Below, piece by piece: positions 52,326 to 64,000 of a DNA stretch of 64,000 bases. The stretch comes from Eledone cirrhosa (lineage: Eukaryota): NCBI GenBank assembly GCA_964016885.1, contig OZ024744.1:54622001-54686000 (forward strand). The letters are read 5' to 3'. Numbering within the stretch: the first letter of the stretch is position 1; the number at the start of each line of letters is the position of its first letter. Below the pieces are notes generated by a model. The model had not been told where the DNA came from and did not search any database. It saw only the letters and a list, made by a program, of their open reading frames with translations. Position numbers and translations under genes: made by a program.

Positions 52326-55300
52326 ATTTCTTTATTAGCCACAAGGGCACAAAAGAAGGGGACAAATACAAATGGGGAGTTTACATACAGGTATATGAAA
52401 ATAAAACTATTAATAAAATAACAAATAACAATTGAAATCCCCAATAGGCGGGGAGGCGTTACAGAGGGGGTTGTACACACTCCGAAAAAATGTACAACCC
52501 TCATATCCAGGAGCACCAAGAGTGAGTACTCCCTTCCTCTCTTTCCTCAACCTACCGGCTTATATAGAGAGAAGGCCCAACCACTCGGGCCATTCTCGCC
52601 ACTTTCACCCACCTTTTATAAAATTTGCTGGGGTACAGCACCTCTCTCTCCATCCTGATTCTTCTTCCAAAATGATATTTGAAAAAACGAATCAGTTGCT
52701 CGCCGGAGAGAAAAGTGTCTAACCTCAGTCCTTTTAACGTCGTCCCCCATATAACCTCTTTCACCATAGCCATAACACATAGGAAAACTGCCTCTCCCTC
52801 GTTTTTGAAGGAGGGTGGCGGTTTGATCATGACAATGGACTCGGTGGTCAACTGGATTGGTCCCACCCGCGACAATAGTCGTTCTACATAGCCCCACAGG
52901 CTGGTAACGTCCGGGCAGTGTACAAATGCGTGCGCGACGGTTTCCTCGTCGCTCACGCATCTCGGACAGATCTTTTTCGAGCTTGTCTCGAACTGGTAGA
53001 GCTCCTCGGTAGCACTGCCAGGCCAGGGACTTTTGGAAGTTGTCCATTGGTCCCGGATGGAAGGTCCTACCGAACAGACTGGCCAGTTCGTCCTCCTCTA
53101 CGCCTAGAGTTTCTCCGAGCGCATCGTCATACTTGCTGCAGACTAACCCTCTATAGAATGACGAAGTGGAGTCTCCACTGATCGCCGGGTCCGTTTGCCA
53201 GAGGGCTGTGAGCGCCTGAGCACATTCGATGTGCCAGTCACCCATTTTCCTCGGTCTTTGCTTGACCCAGGACTGCAGCTCGGTCAGCGAGACGAGTCGT
53301 GGGAAGGCTCGCCTCACGAACGGGGTCCACACCGGTTGTCCGGTGAGGAATACGTGGAGGTGCCGCAGCCTGAGCGCGTGTTTGCGCATCGTCAGCCACG
53401 GCATCCCCAGCCCTCCGTTTGAAGGGTGTTGGCAGCAGATGGATCTTCTCACCAAAGGAGCCCGTTTCTTCCAAAGGAATTGGAAGAACGTGCGTTCCAT
53501 TTTGGTGAGCGTTTTGGCTGGACAAGGCACGACGGTCAAGCGGTAGTAGATGACGGCGCTATAAAAGTGTTCGCCACCTCCGCTCGACCTTTCAAGGAGA
53601 GTTTGCACTCGGCCCACTTCTGGGTGAGCTCAAACACCTTGGCCGTCACCTCGTTCCAGTTCTGGAACCACCTGGAGGCCGGACCAAACCAGACCCCGAG
53701 CAGCTTTACCGGTCCTTCGGTCCAGCATCCGACGATACCATCAGAAGGCATCGGTTTGCCTCTCCACGTTCCGAGTTGCAAACCGACGGATTTGTCCCGG
53801 TCCAGCTTCGCTCCTGTGAACTTTTCGTATTCCTCCAGTAAGGTGCCGATTTGCGAGGTGCTCGACACCATTACTGTCGCGTCGTCGGCTTAGGCCGACG
53901 CCGCTTTTCGCAGTCCTGGTTCCAAAGGGATGCCCTGCAATAGTTCTAACTTCCGCAGTAGTGGCTCGAGAGTCAGTACGTACAAAAGGGGCATCCCTGT
54001 CGGATGGATCACGTGATATGGAACGGCTCCGTGAGGTAGCCGTTCACCTTGACTCTTGAGCAGATGTTGCTGCTGTGCATTGCAGCAATCCAGCCCCTGA
54101 ACACAGGTCCGAGCCTGTCGCCTCGAGCACCGCATCCAGGTAACGATGGTCAACCCTATCGAAACCCTTAGACTGATCCAAGTTGATCAGAGCCCCACCA
54201 AAGCCGGGTTTACACCCTACCCTCTCTATGATGTATCGCATGAGGTGGAGGTTGTCGTGTATTGACCTGGTCGGGATTGCGCATGTTCTCCCACCAGGAT
54301 TTCGACGACAAGCGCCAGCCTCTTTGCCAACACCTTGGCCAAAATCTGTAACTCTGTGTTTAGCAGAGTTATGGGCCAGAAGTTTCCTATGTCATCCCCC
54401 TTATTCTCGTCCTTCCTGACTAACGTGACTACGCCCTTGGTCACAGAACTGGGAATTCTCCCGTTCTGCTGCCAGTTGCAGTAGACCACTTCCAGGAGAC
54501 CAGAGAACAAGTCCGACATTGCTACGTAAAATTCGTAGGGCAGACCGTCGAGACCTGGAGATTTGCGTTTGCCGCATTGACTCAGCGCATCCCCTATCTC
54601 AGCGGCTGAAATCGCGCAGAACTTTGCCTCGCTGTCCGAGAGTCGTGGTAGGCCGTCGAGGTATGGACCGAAATCCATAGCCCCTCCAGGTGCGCCGCCC
54701 TGCCCGAACAGTTGAGCAAAGTGCCACTGAAAGGCCGCGCACATCTGCTTCGGCTCACGTATGACGCACCCGTCTTGGTCCTTCAACGACCGAATCGTGA
54801 ACTTGTTGCCACTTTTCGCTTCCGTCACTCGGGCCCAGCTAACAGCTTTGGCTCCCTCGTTTCCCAGAGCACGTATTTTTCTTCTGACAACGCAGCCTTC
54901 ATGCTTTGCGTCGAAGAACTGGTCCAAGGCCGTTCTCGTTGCTAGCACGCTGGCTACGTTGCCACTCCTAAGTGCCTCTTCTACTTTATCTACCAGTTCC
55001 TTTTCGGTTTTAGTTCTATCTAACACTGATTCTTTACTAAAACCTATCGAGTCTAATCTAACTGCCCTCTTGAGAGAGTACCACCATCTGTTGTTGTCAA
55101 TGGCCCCCGTCAAGTGTTGCTTAACTAAAGTGCTAATCCGTCTACTGTAGGCTTTGCATGTCGGTAACGACAAATTCAGCTTCCAGTAGCCGGGTCCCTG
55201 TCTATGGGTTTTGTCATGGGGTGATCTGAATAGGCAACCATGAACATTTGTGGACAGCTTAACATGTCCCTATCCTTCTTTCTAACTAGAACCCTATCTA

Positions 55301-58010
55301 GGTACGATCTGCGATTAGTCCACGTCCACAGTGGCACAGTCGGAAAATCTAGTCGATATCTATCGGCCAGGTCAAATAGGCCGAATAACTGTTTGAGGCT
55401 GTTACACCCCCTCTATCGGGACATGCTCCGACATAGTCCCAACGTGCATCTAGGATTCCATTCCAGTCCCCCACTAACAGCAGGGAGCGGAACGTTCCCA
55501 GAAAAGTCTCTAGACGTTTGAAGAAGTTTGGCCGCGGTGTCCCGGGTGGGGCATATGCGGCCACCAGCCTGAAGGCTCCACCTTCACTACTGTTAACGTC
55601 TAGGACCACCAGTCGACCCTCCGGGTCCAGATGTACCGTCTGTGTTACGAGGTCCAAGTGTTTCCGCAGCAAAACGGCAACCCCACCCCCACCTCCCGGC
55701 TGACAGAGAGATGCGTATATCTCAAAGTCATCGAAGATGGAGGCCAGTTGTCGCTCGCTGTGGATCCTGGACTCGCAAATGGCTACTACATCCATGCTGT
55801 GCGACCTGAGGTCGTTTAAGAGTTTGCCCTGTTTCCAGGGCATCCCCAGGCAGCGTACATTGACACATCCAACTCTTATATTGGCCATGTTGGTGCTGAA
55901 AAGTTAAAAGAGAAGAAAACACTCACCTCTTCGTCTCCTGGGGACCAGGCTGCACAATTTCCATGGGGGTGTTGGAGGGGTTGTTTGGTGTGGTGGTGGT
56001 CTCTGGCGGGGTGAGGAGGAGGTTTCTGGTGGGATGGGGTGGGGGTGGGGAAACATTTTAACAGGACTTGATTGTAGGGTTTGACGCAGGGTTACCTACG
56101 TCGTTATGGAATTTTTATTTTAACTGTTTATGTATGTCCATGGAGATCCTAATCATTTAAAGACTAGGATTCTCCGAAGAGTTTGTAAAAGTTTTCCCTT
56201 CGGTCTCCACCGAAGAGTTTTTATATATGGTGTATGTTAAAGTTTTATTGTTAGTATTTATGTAGGTGTAACATTTTTGTTGTATTGTGTTGCTTTTTGT
56301 CTGTGGTTCTTGTGTGTGTTTATGTTTTGTAGTAGGTGTTTTGTTTTCAGGAGGGGGTGTTTTTGTTTGTGCTGTTTGCGTCGCTTGTGTTGGTGTTTGT
56401 GTGTTTGTTGCATTTTTGTTTGTGTTATGTCTTTTTTCTTTTTACTGGTCGAAAAGGCTCTCCCTCATCGTCACTGGGTGACGATGATGAGGCCTCATCC
56501 ATGTTGTTGGGGAGGGGTTATGTGTGTGGGTGTTTCTGGAGTTGTTTTGGGTGGGGAGGGGTTGGGTTGGACTGTGTTTGTCGTTTGTTTTGTTGTCACT
56601 ATTTTTTTATATTGTTGTTGTTGTGGTGGTGGTGGTGATTGTTGTGCTGGTGTTGCAGGTTTTGGCAGTAGTGCCTTTTTTTGGCTAGTTAGCTGAGGAC
56701 AGGAAGCTCTCAGGTAACCCCTGCTTAAGCAGTGGTAACATGAGGGCCACCTACCCTCGACCGAAATGTTTATGTATATAAGCCCATCCAGCAGCACACG
56801 TTCCGGGATCCTAGCTATTCGTTCTGGTGTCATTTGGACCAGAACATCCAGACTAGTTCCGCTGAACAGGTCACCGGAGGACTTACCTACCGATATTATA
56901 TAGTCTTTTTTGAGGTTTAAAAATATCAATATTTGATGTGATACTTTGGATTTTTATTTTCTGTTCTTTTCCCCATGTAAGTGGGGAAAAAGGTGAATAG
57001 CGGTGACACAATTGGCAACACAGAATATTTCTGTGCCGTCAATTGGTCTTTCATTAGAATGGATAAACTCCCGTAGAGTCTACCCTTTTGAATAAAAGCA
57101 ATGTCTTTTAAGGCATTTTTTAAAGCCAACTCAATTTCGCCTTGTGAAAGTTGAGTCGGTTTTGGGGTTTTGTTTGAGACTGTCCTGAAATTCACAGTTT
57201 TCAAGGCAGCTTCTCTTCGCAAATCTGGGGGAGAGTTTATGGAGGATGATCCGTTCTCCCCAAAAGTTACATATCGTCTGGCGTTATTCAAAAGCTCATT
57301 TGCATTTGAAATATCTACCGGAGTGTAGCTTACCGTTTTCTTTACGATATTTTGTCGTTTACTTCCTTGTTGCAGTTATTGGTCTTGTTGTTATTATTGT
57401 TCTTGTTGTTGATGTTGTTTTCGTTTTTTCCGTTGTTGGTGTTGTTGTTGTTATTGGTTGTGGTTTTGTTGTCGTTGTTGTTCTTCTTGTTCTCATTGTC
57501 ACTGTTGTTGTTGATGGCGTTGTTTTGGTTTGTGTCATTCACAGTTTTCGTGTTGGTGGTGCTGGTGTTGTTGTCAGGGTGGGTTTTAAACATATCGACG
57601 TGTTTCAATGAGGTGGTGTGAGCTGCCTGTTGGCTTGACACGTTTACCGTCTCTCCACCACCTCTGTCTAATTGTTGGCTGACAGTTTTGATGTTGTTGT
57701 TGTTTTTGTTGCTGTTGTTGTTACTGTTGTTGTTGTTGGTGGTGATAGCAACAGGCAGGCAGCCTTCACCTGCTATTAGTACTGTGGAAGGTGAGATTAA
57801 CAGCCCCTCTCCACAATTCTCTGATGTGTTTTTCGTGAAGATGAGGTCAAAGAATTTGACCATTTTGGCTATATTCAAAATTCCAGTAGAAATTTTGTGG
57901 GATTTCTCCGTTTTTCGCTCTGATGGGCTTATTATTTGGGGTTGCTACCACCTACAAAGTGTAGGGTGGCAGCTTATCTACAAAATGGTGTAATAATGTA
58001 GATTCAGTTC
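52325..58010 (-). mobile_element. Near full-length Tx1/L1-clade LINE (ORF1, APE, RT, zinc finger), frameshifted, bounded by (GATA)n on both sides
   Basis: ORF1 pieces 57878-56495 with CYHCLSRGYLRASC; APE NVRCL..AICES..LVGDWN..YLDR; RT KSPGLDGLPYEFY, WPITLLNTE, NLDQSKGFDRV, ADD; AATAAA at the 3' end. Confidence 0.9.
55349..55888 (-). pseudogene. LINE ORF2 apurinic/apyrimidinic-type endonuclease
   Basis: GCVNVRCL, DVVAICES, GVAVLL, EGRLVVLD, AAYAP, LLVGDWN. Confidence 0.88.
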
Positions 58011-58031
58011 ATAGATAGACAGATAGATAGG

Positions 58032-58110
<79 letters not shown>
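58011..58110. repeat. (GATA)n microsatellite; another tract at 52266-52324
   Basis: Directly visible. Confidence 0.95.
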
Positions 58111-58111
<1 letters not shown>

Positions 58112-58223
58112 CAAACAGTCAAACAAATAGATTGATTGACAGACAGTCAGACAGGGAGATTGATTAATTGACAGGTAGCAAGATAGATATATAGATATAC
58201 ATACATATATTCATACAAACACG

Positions 58224-58576
58224 TGTAGTGACCTACATTCCGCGGGCTCACATACATTCTCTGTGCGTGATTTGGGTCAGCTCAGCCAATCAGCGCCAGT
58301 AGAAGAGGATGTATCCCTACGCGCACTGAGGGAGAAAATCCCCGCGAAGATTTGAAGAATCTCTCTCTCGCACCCGGAACTTCGAACCAGCAACACGTAC
58401 AACATGTGACGGTGAGATTTTGCACTTTGGCCTGCCGGCTTTCCGGCACAATGGCACATTTCCTTTTGTAACCTCATTTTATGTGTAACTTCAACCATAC
58501 AAGTTAACAAACATTAGTAATGCACTGGGTAATTGCTGGCCTTGTGCCTAAAGTAGAAACAATTATTTCTGCTACA
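58224..58576. mobile_element. Putative solo LTR with a SINE family A fragment inserted (58517-58566)
   Basis: TGTAG...CTACA termini, internal CCAAT, GC-rich; no convincing TSD. Confidence 0.4.
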
Positions 58577-58849
58577 ACAAAAATAAACATACATTTCATC
58601 TCTAATTTCTGCTGTTGACATCATTATTATGTTACTCGTGTCTCAATAACATTTATACACTATGCTGCTAAACACGCATACATACATACATACATACATA
58701 CATTTATATACACATACAAACATATGTACATACATATATACATACATGCTTACATATATACATACACACCCATATTTATAAATAAGATGTTTAATGATGT
58801 CTTTTATCTAATAATTTGTCATCTATATCATTTCATTCACACATTCCTT

Positions 58850-59155
58850 CGTGTGTCATGGTGTGACTGTGTGTGAAACGAGGAAATCCTGCAGAGAGCC
58901 GAGTCATGGAACGCTACAGATGTTGGTCACAGAGCACCGGTGCTGCTTGACTGGCCATATTCCACGCCTGCCAAACGAACAACACTCGAAAACAGCGATG
59001 AACTGGATTCCACCTGGCGAAGAACGTTCCGAAAAGACCTGATGGCAGCCAACATCACTTGGCATGGATGCGAAAAAGCTGCCGCTGATTGTGACCGTGT
59101 GGGCCAACTTACTGCTGGATGTGGCAAAAGCCTCAGAAGAACCTAAGAACTAAGA
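58850..59155 (+). mobile_element. RTE-X-like LINE 3' remnant
   Basis: GHIPRLP..KTAMNWIP, TWRRTFRKDL; short ctaagaactaag tail. Confidence 0.65.
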
Positions 59156-59409
59156 CCATTATTTCTTGTCAACCCGAATAAGGTCTATATAGGCCGGAAG
59201 AATTGGTATTTGCCATCTTTGTGTAAGTTCATTGCTTACCTTCCTGCTTTTCTTGTGCCTTCTATATATATATATATACATATATACACAGATGGTTTGG
59301 ATATGTTTATCTAGGTAATATTAACTGATGTGTACACTCTGACTGGTTCTTTTCACAACTGTTTTGTCATCAAGTGATTGCCAGACAATATGATCGATAT
59401 TATCATGTC

Positions 59410-59593
59410 GATTGGCAGTATCGGTAGAACGTCAGATATCATGCTTTGCCGCATAAAGTTATGGCCCTTTACGTTCTGAGTTCAAATCCCACCGAGGTTA
59501 ACTTTGCCTTTCATCCCTACGGGGGTCGATAAAATAATGCACCAGTAATGCACTGGGGTAATTTCTGGCCTTGTGCCTAAAATAGAAACAATT
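59410..59593 (+). mobile_element. SINE family A copy
   Basis: attggcagtatcggtag..gagttcaaatcccaccgaggttaactttgcc..tagaaacaatt. Confidence 0.85.
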
Positions 59594-59996
59594 GTTGTGT
59601 GTATTGATCAAAATTAACGTACAGCTTCAGTACTGACTTAGTCTATGAAGACCCATTCAACCATTGCTAGCAAGGAAAGTGATGTTAAACAATGATGATG
59701 ATAATGATGATGCTGATATTAATATCAACTGTCAAGTGAGTTGAAGTGATGTTAACATATATACTTCTACGTTATGTTACATGTTAGGTAACACGTATGC
59801 GTAGCTGCAGAGGTAACTATGGTACTAAATATATCTAGTATTTAGAGATCTGGAAAGGATCTTTGACAAAAGAGAACGGGATTTTGATGAATAGCTTGTG
59901 AGAGCGGTGCAAGTCATGTAGAAAGATACCATCCAACAGAAACAGAAAATGGGAGAGTGAAACAGTCAGATATTCAGATAACCAAATAATCAGATA

Positions 59997-60086
59997 TGTT
60001 TCTTTATTAGCCACAGGGGCACAAAAGAAGGGAACAAATACAAAGGGGGAAGTTTACATACAATAAAAACGTATAAAATACTATCT
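59997..60086 (-). mobile_element. Extreme 3' end of the Tx1-type LINE with apparent TSD
   Basis: Matches 51298-51387; flanked by accaaataatcagata (59981-59996) and accaaatagtcagata (60088-60103). Confidence 0.8.
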
Positions 60087-61107
60087 GACCAAATAGTCAG
60101 ATAGTCAGATAGTAAGATAATCAGTTAGTGAGACAGCAATGTGGGTGGAGTGGATTGGTGTAATCTCAGTAGAAATTTGAGGGAGTTGAAATACACAAGG
60201 ACTGTGAAAGAATTGTGAAAGGACTGTCCTACATAAAGACTAGTAGTTGAAAGAATGATGGGAGGAGAGAGTAGCTAACAGAAGGACTGATGGATGCTGG
60301 TGATGCAGCAAATGGTGGTGGTGGTGGTGGTGGTGGTAGTAGTAGTGGTGACAGGAGGTAAGAAAGAAACACCATGGGAAGCCAGGCAGCATGGGATTGA
60401 CTGTTTTTCTCTTCTGACTAGATGTTTGAAGATTACTCAGCCCCCAGCCATCTGTAGGATATGGGATAGGTTTAGGTTTAGGGTTAAGGTTAGGGATAGG
60501 GCATGGGTTGTATCTAGCACAGAGGATGTATGAAGGTTCTCAGCTGATTTTACCTCAAGTTTTCTTTTCATAGATTTCTAAAATATGTAAAAGATTATTG
60601 ATGTTTTTCAATACTGTCCAACACCATTCTGTTTTTTTTTTCTAAAGATATCTAGGACTACATTATCCAATGTGTCCCCCATTGGGTGTGATTTGAGAGA
60701 GACTTGACTGTTATTTTCAACAAATCAATAACATAAAATGTACTGCTTCAGTTTATGTAGATAACAAACAAACCACAAAGTAGATTCTGATGTAGGATAT
60801 AGCATAGTATTTTTCAGCATGGAAGATGCTATATTTTTTCCTAATATAAATAAAATAAATCTTGAACATATACTGTGTATCTTAGAAGACAGAGGTTAGG
60901 TTTTTCATAAGCAAGTTTTAATCTAAGACAATTAAATTCCTAAATAGAGTGTATGAATTATCAAATAAAACTAATAGAATAAATGTTGGGATCAACAGAA
61001 ACTATATTTCACTAAATATAATGTATCAACAGGAGCTATATGTCACTAAATCACTAACTATGGTATCAACTGAAACTATATGTCACTAAGTCCTAAGTTC
61101 ATATAAT

Positions 61108-61232
61108 AACCACATGGTTTTAGGTTCAGTCCCACTGTGTGGCACAATGGGCCATTGTCTTCTACTATAGCCTTGGGTTGACCAATGTCTTGAGACTACA
61201 ATTTGTTAGACACAAACTGCAGGAGCATGTCA
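61108..61232 (+). mobile_element. tRNA-derived SINE family C fragment
   Basis: ggttcagtcccactgtgtggcac..gtcttctactatagcc..gaccaa; B-box-like GGTTCAGTCCC. Confidence 0.6.
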
Positions 61233-61420
61233 TGTATACATGTTTAAGTATATATTTAAATCTAAATATATATATATATATTTAGGTTTGTTGGTTTACC
61301 ACTTGATAGAACTGGTCATTCCGTATGGTCAACCTCGATGTAATATTATGGAGAGCACTCAACGTAATGCAACTCACCCGTCTTCGTTTGTGTAGTTGGT
61401 GGTGCGAGTTCGGAGTTAAT

Positions 61421-61658
61421 TATTATAAAACAACAGGAGGCTGGACTGGTGTAAATCCTTGAAAGGTTTATTATACTATGATCATTTCAATGACCGGGTT
61501 CAGTATGAATCTGGTGACATCATCAGGTATTCGAAATATAATTTGTTATATTTCGAATACCTGATGATGTCACTGGATTCATACTGAACCCAGTCATTGA
61601 AATGATCATAGTATAATAAACCTTTTAAGGAATTACACCAGTCCAGCATCCTGTTATT

Positions 61659-61666
<8 letters not shown>
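61421..61666. repeat. Near-perfect 246-bp palindrome with one hammerhead per arm (61473-61530 minus; 61557-61614 plus)
   Basis: Arms ~121 bp, 4-nt loop; ATAC-CTGATGA-tgtcactggattcatactgaacccagtcatt-GAAA-TGATCA-TA-GTAT. Confidence 0.88.
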
Positions 61667-61695
<29 letters not shown>

Positions 61696-61907
61696 GTTTA
61701 AAATGTACATCCACATATGTATACTGAAATACTAGTATGCATATGAATACACACACGTGTACATATGTAGATGTACCGAGTTTTTCACTGGACACTTTAC
61801 TGTGAGTGTTCAGCTAGTCTGTATGTAAACACAGACAAACCGGTTTTTAGAGTCATACTGGTTTTCGAGGAAACACCTTTCCTCTATTCTTCAGAAAGCC
61901 AGACAGG

Positions 61908-61952
61908 AATATTGGACTAGTTTCGATGTTGTTACATCTCATCAGCAACATT
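61908..61952 (-). ncRNA. Inverted copy of the 62321 hammerhead
   Basis: Same sequence with one A>G change giving a G-U wobble in stem I. Confidence 0.9.
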
Positions 61953-62320
61953 TACCTATCCTCCGGCCTTTCTAGAGAATCGTAAAAGCACATATCGTTA
62001 TATGCTTTTTCTATGAAAATTAGTAGTGGGCAGACTAATTTGCATAGAGCGTGAGTACGTACCGGTTCAGCGGAGACGATAAAAACAAATAACGAAACGA
62101 AATTAAATTTCGCTTCGTTTGTAACTCACTTTTGTATGACTGACGCTTAAACAATTAAGTTAAAAATGTACATCTACATATGCATACTGAAATACTAGTG
62201 TGCATATGAATACACACACGTGTACATATGTAGATGTACCGAGTTTTTCATAATTTTCATAGAAAAAGCATATAACGATATGTGCTTTTACGATTCTCTA
62301 GAAAGGCCGGAGGATAGGTA

Positions 62321-62365
62321 AATATTGCTGATGAGATGTAACAACATCGAAACTAGTCCAATATT
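62321..62365 (+). ncRNA. Minimal type I hammerhead ribozyme, fully canonical
   Basis: AATATTG-CTGATGA-GATGT aaca ACATC-GAAA-CTAG-TC-CAATATT: 7-bp stem I, G-C closed stem II, palindromic stem III, GUC triplet. Confidence 0.92.
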
Positions 62366-62764
62366 CCTGTCTGGCTTTCTGGAGAATAGAGGAAAGGTGT
62401 TTCCTCGAAAACCAGTATGACTCTAAAAACCGGTTTGTCTGTGTTTACATACAGACTAGCTGAACACTCACAGTAAAGTGTCCAGTGAAAAACTCGGTAC
62501 ATCTACATATGTACACGTGTGTGTATTCATATGCATACTAGTATTTCAGTATACATATGTGGATGTACATTTTTAACTTAATTGTTTAAGCGTCAGTCAT
62601 ACAAAAGTGAGTTACAAACGAAGCGAAATTTAATTTCGTTTCGTTATTTGTTTTTATATATATATATATATATATAGTAAAACATTGAACGGGAACAAAA
62701 CATAGAGGCAGTACGAACAAAGGTTTATTAGTTTCACGCTCTTGAGAGTGGGGTGGTGGTGGGG

Positions 62765-62798
62765 AACGACGTTTCGGGCATAAGCCCTTCTTCAGGTG
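62765..62798 (-). ncRNA. Ultra-minimal PLE-type hammerhead
   Basis: Minus strand: ac-CTGAAGA-a-GGGC ttat GCCC-GAAA-CG-TC-gt. Confidence 0.75.
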
Positions 62799-62929
62799 AA
62801 AAGTGTGGGAAGAGAGTTCCAAGGGTGTGTAGGGGAGTGGTGGAGAGACATATAGAAAAAAGGGGGTGAGAGGAAACGGTACAAATGAAATTAAATATAA
62901 AAGCATAATAAAAATAAAAATAAACATGA

Positions 62930-63873
62930 AGTAAAACAGGTGGTGGAAGGGTGTGGGGCGTGTAGGGGTGGTGGCGGGTGGAGTGGGGAGAGGGAAGCGG
63001 GTGTCCGAGCGTGGAGGGCTGAAGGTGGTGTGTGTGTGTAGGTGTACGTGTGTGTGTATGTGAAAGTAAGAGTTGGGGGAAGAACGGGGATTGCATGTTC
63101 AGGAAAAGGTGTGTGGGGGTGGGGTGTAGGTCGGCGTGTGTGGATGGGGAGGGGTCAGAGGGGTGGGGGTAGAGGATTCCGGAGGCTAAGTGTGTAAATA
63201 TGTGGTGGTATGCACGTGTGTGTGGTGTTTATACGTGTTGTGGATGTAGGTGGCGTGTGGGAAAAAAAATGTTTGAGTGTATGTCAGTGGGTGAGTCCCT
63301 AAGGTAGTTCCGTAGAGGATGTAGTGGGATGCTGGGTAATTTCCGTGTGATGTGGTTGATTCTTGGGAGCGATGTCCAATGTGTGTAATCCGTGGTTGGG
63401 TTGGTCGGAAGAGGGGAGATGTGGGGTGCGCGCGCAACAGGAAGTGGTCAGAGGGTCAAGGCAGGCGGAGGGTTGTGTGTCTGTGTGTGGGGGGAGGTGG
63501 TTAGAGATTCAGGGCATAGCAGCAGTCCAGGAGAATGGTAAGTGAAGAAAGTCGGTGTGTCAGTGTGTGCGGATTTGCGGTGGACGGGGGAGAGGATGGG
63601 TAGGTGTGAAAGTTGGAGTGAGGAGGGGGGGTTGTATTAGTAGAGGTGTTAGTGGGATGTGTGTGTGTGGGTGGAGCGGGGAGGGGGAGGGGGAGAGAAA
63701 GGTGTGGGGGCCGGTGGAGTGAGTGTAGTGTACTGGTGTGTGTGTGCGTGTTTGGATGAGTGTGTGTAGTGAAGGGGGTGTTAGTGGAGGTCAATGGTGG
63801 TAGGGTGTGTAGAGTGGGTGGTGTAAGTAGGTGTGTGTGGGGTTGGGGGGGGTTAGTGATATTAGTTGCGTGT

Positions 63874-63904
<31 letters not shown>

Positions 63905-64000
63905 TTAGTGATGTTAGTTGCGGGGTGGTGGGGTGGATATGTGGGGCTGAGGGTTAGTGGTGGTAGTAGGGTGTGTGTTTAGTGTGAGCGTGTGTATATA
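62930..64000. repeat. G/T-rich low-complexity region upstream (minus strand) of the 62765 HHR
   Basis: Strong G+T skew with (GT)n and G runs; possibly the UTR/pLTR of a PLE. Confidence 0.5.

Larger units (their letters stand above)
61690..62657. mobile_element. Non-coding three-block inverted element with HHRs on both strands
   Basis: 61690-62022 is the reverse complement of 62251-62583; 62079-62250 is the reverse complement of 62486-62657. Confidence 0.88.

Noticed and set aside
62378-62420. Possible second HHR in tandem within the 61690-62657 element
   Set aside because: A stem II-like hairpin and GAAA are present, but there are extra bases after the core and no stem I pairing.

Overview
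Repeat-dominated, AT-rich eukaryotic DNA with no recognisable host protein-coding gene. The (TA)n density and SINE families suggest a coleoid cephalopod such as an octopus (inference). The window holds two Penelope-like element (PLE) remnants, a decayed Gypsy LTR retrotransposon, solo LTRs, RTE, CR1 and CRE-like LINE fragments, a near full-length Tx1/L1-type LINE plus truncated copies next to (GATA)n, Helitron remnants, piggyBac/hAT/Tc1 MITEs, many tRNA-derived SINEs and a 12.7-kb 11-bp satellite with higher-order structure. The main hidden signal is about 15 type I hammerhead ribozyme (HHR) motifs, read by eye on both strands. Most lie in ORF-less elements; several are back-to-back pairs inside near-perfect palindromes or a recurring three-block inverted layout. 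This suggests a diverse population of non-autonomous, ribozyme-bearing, PLE-mobilised retrozyme-like elements. All calls are manual, with no database search or folding computation.
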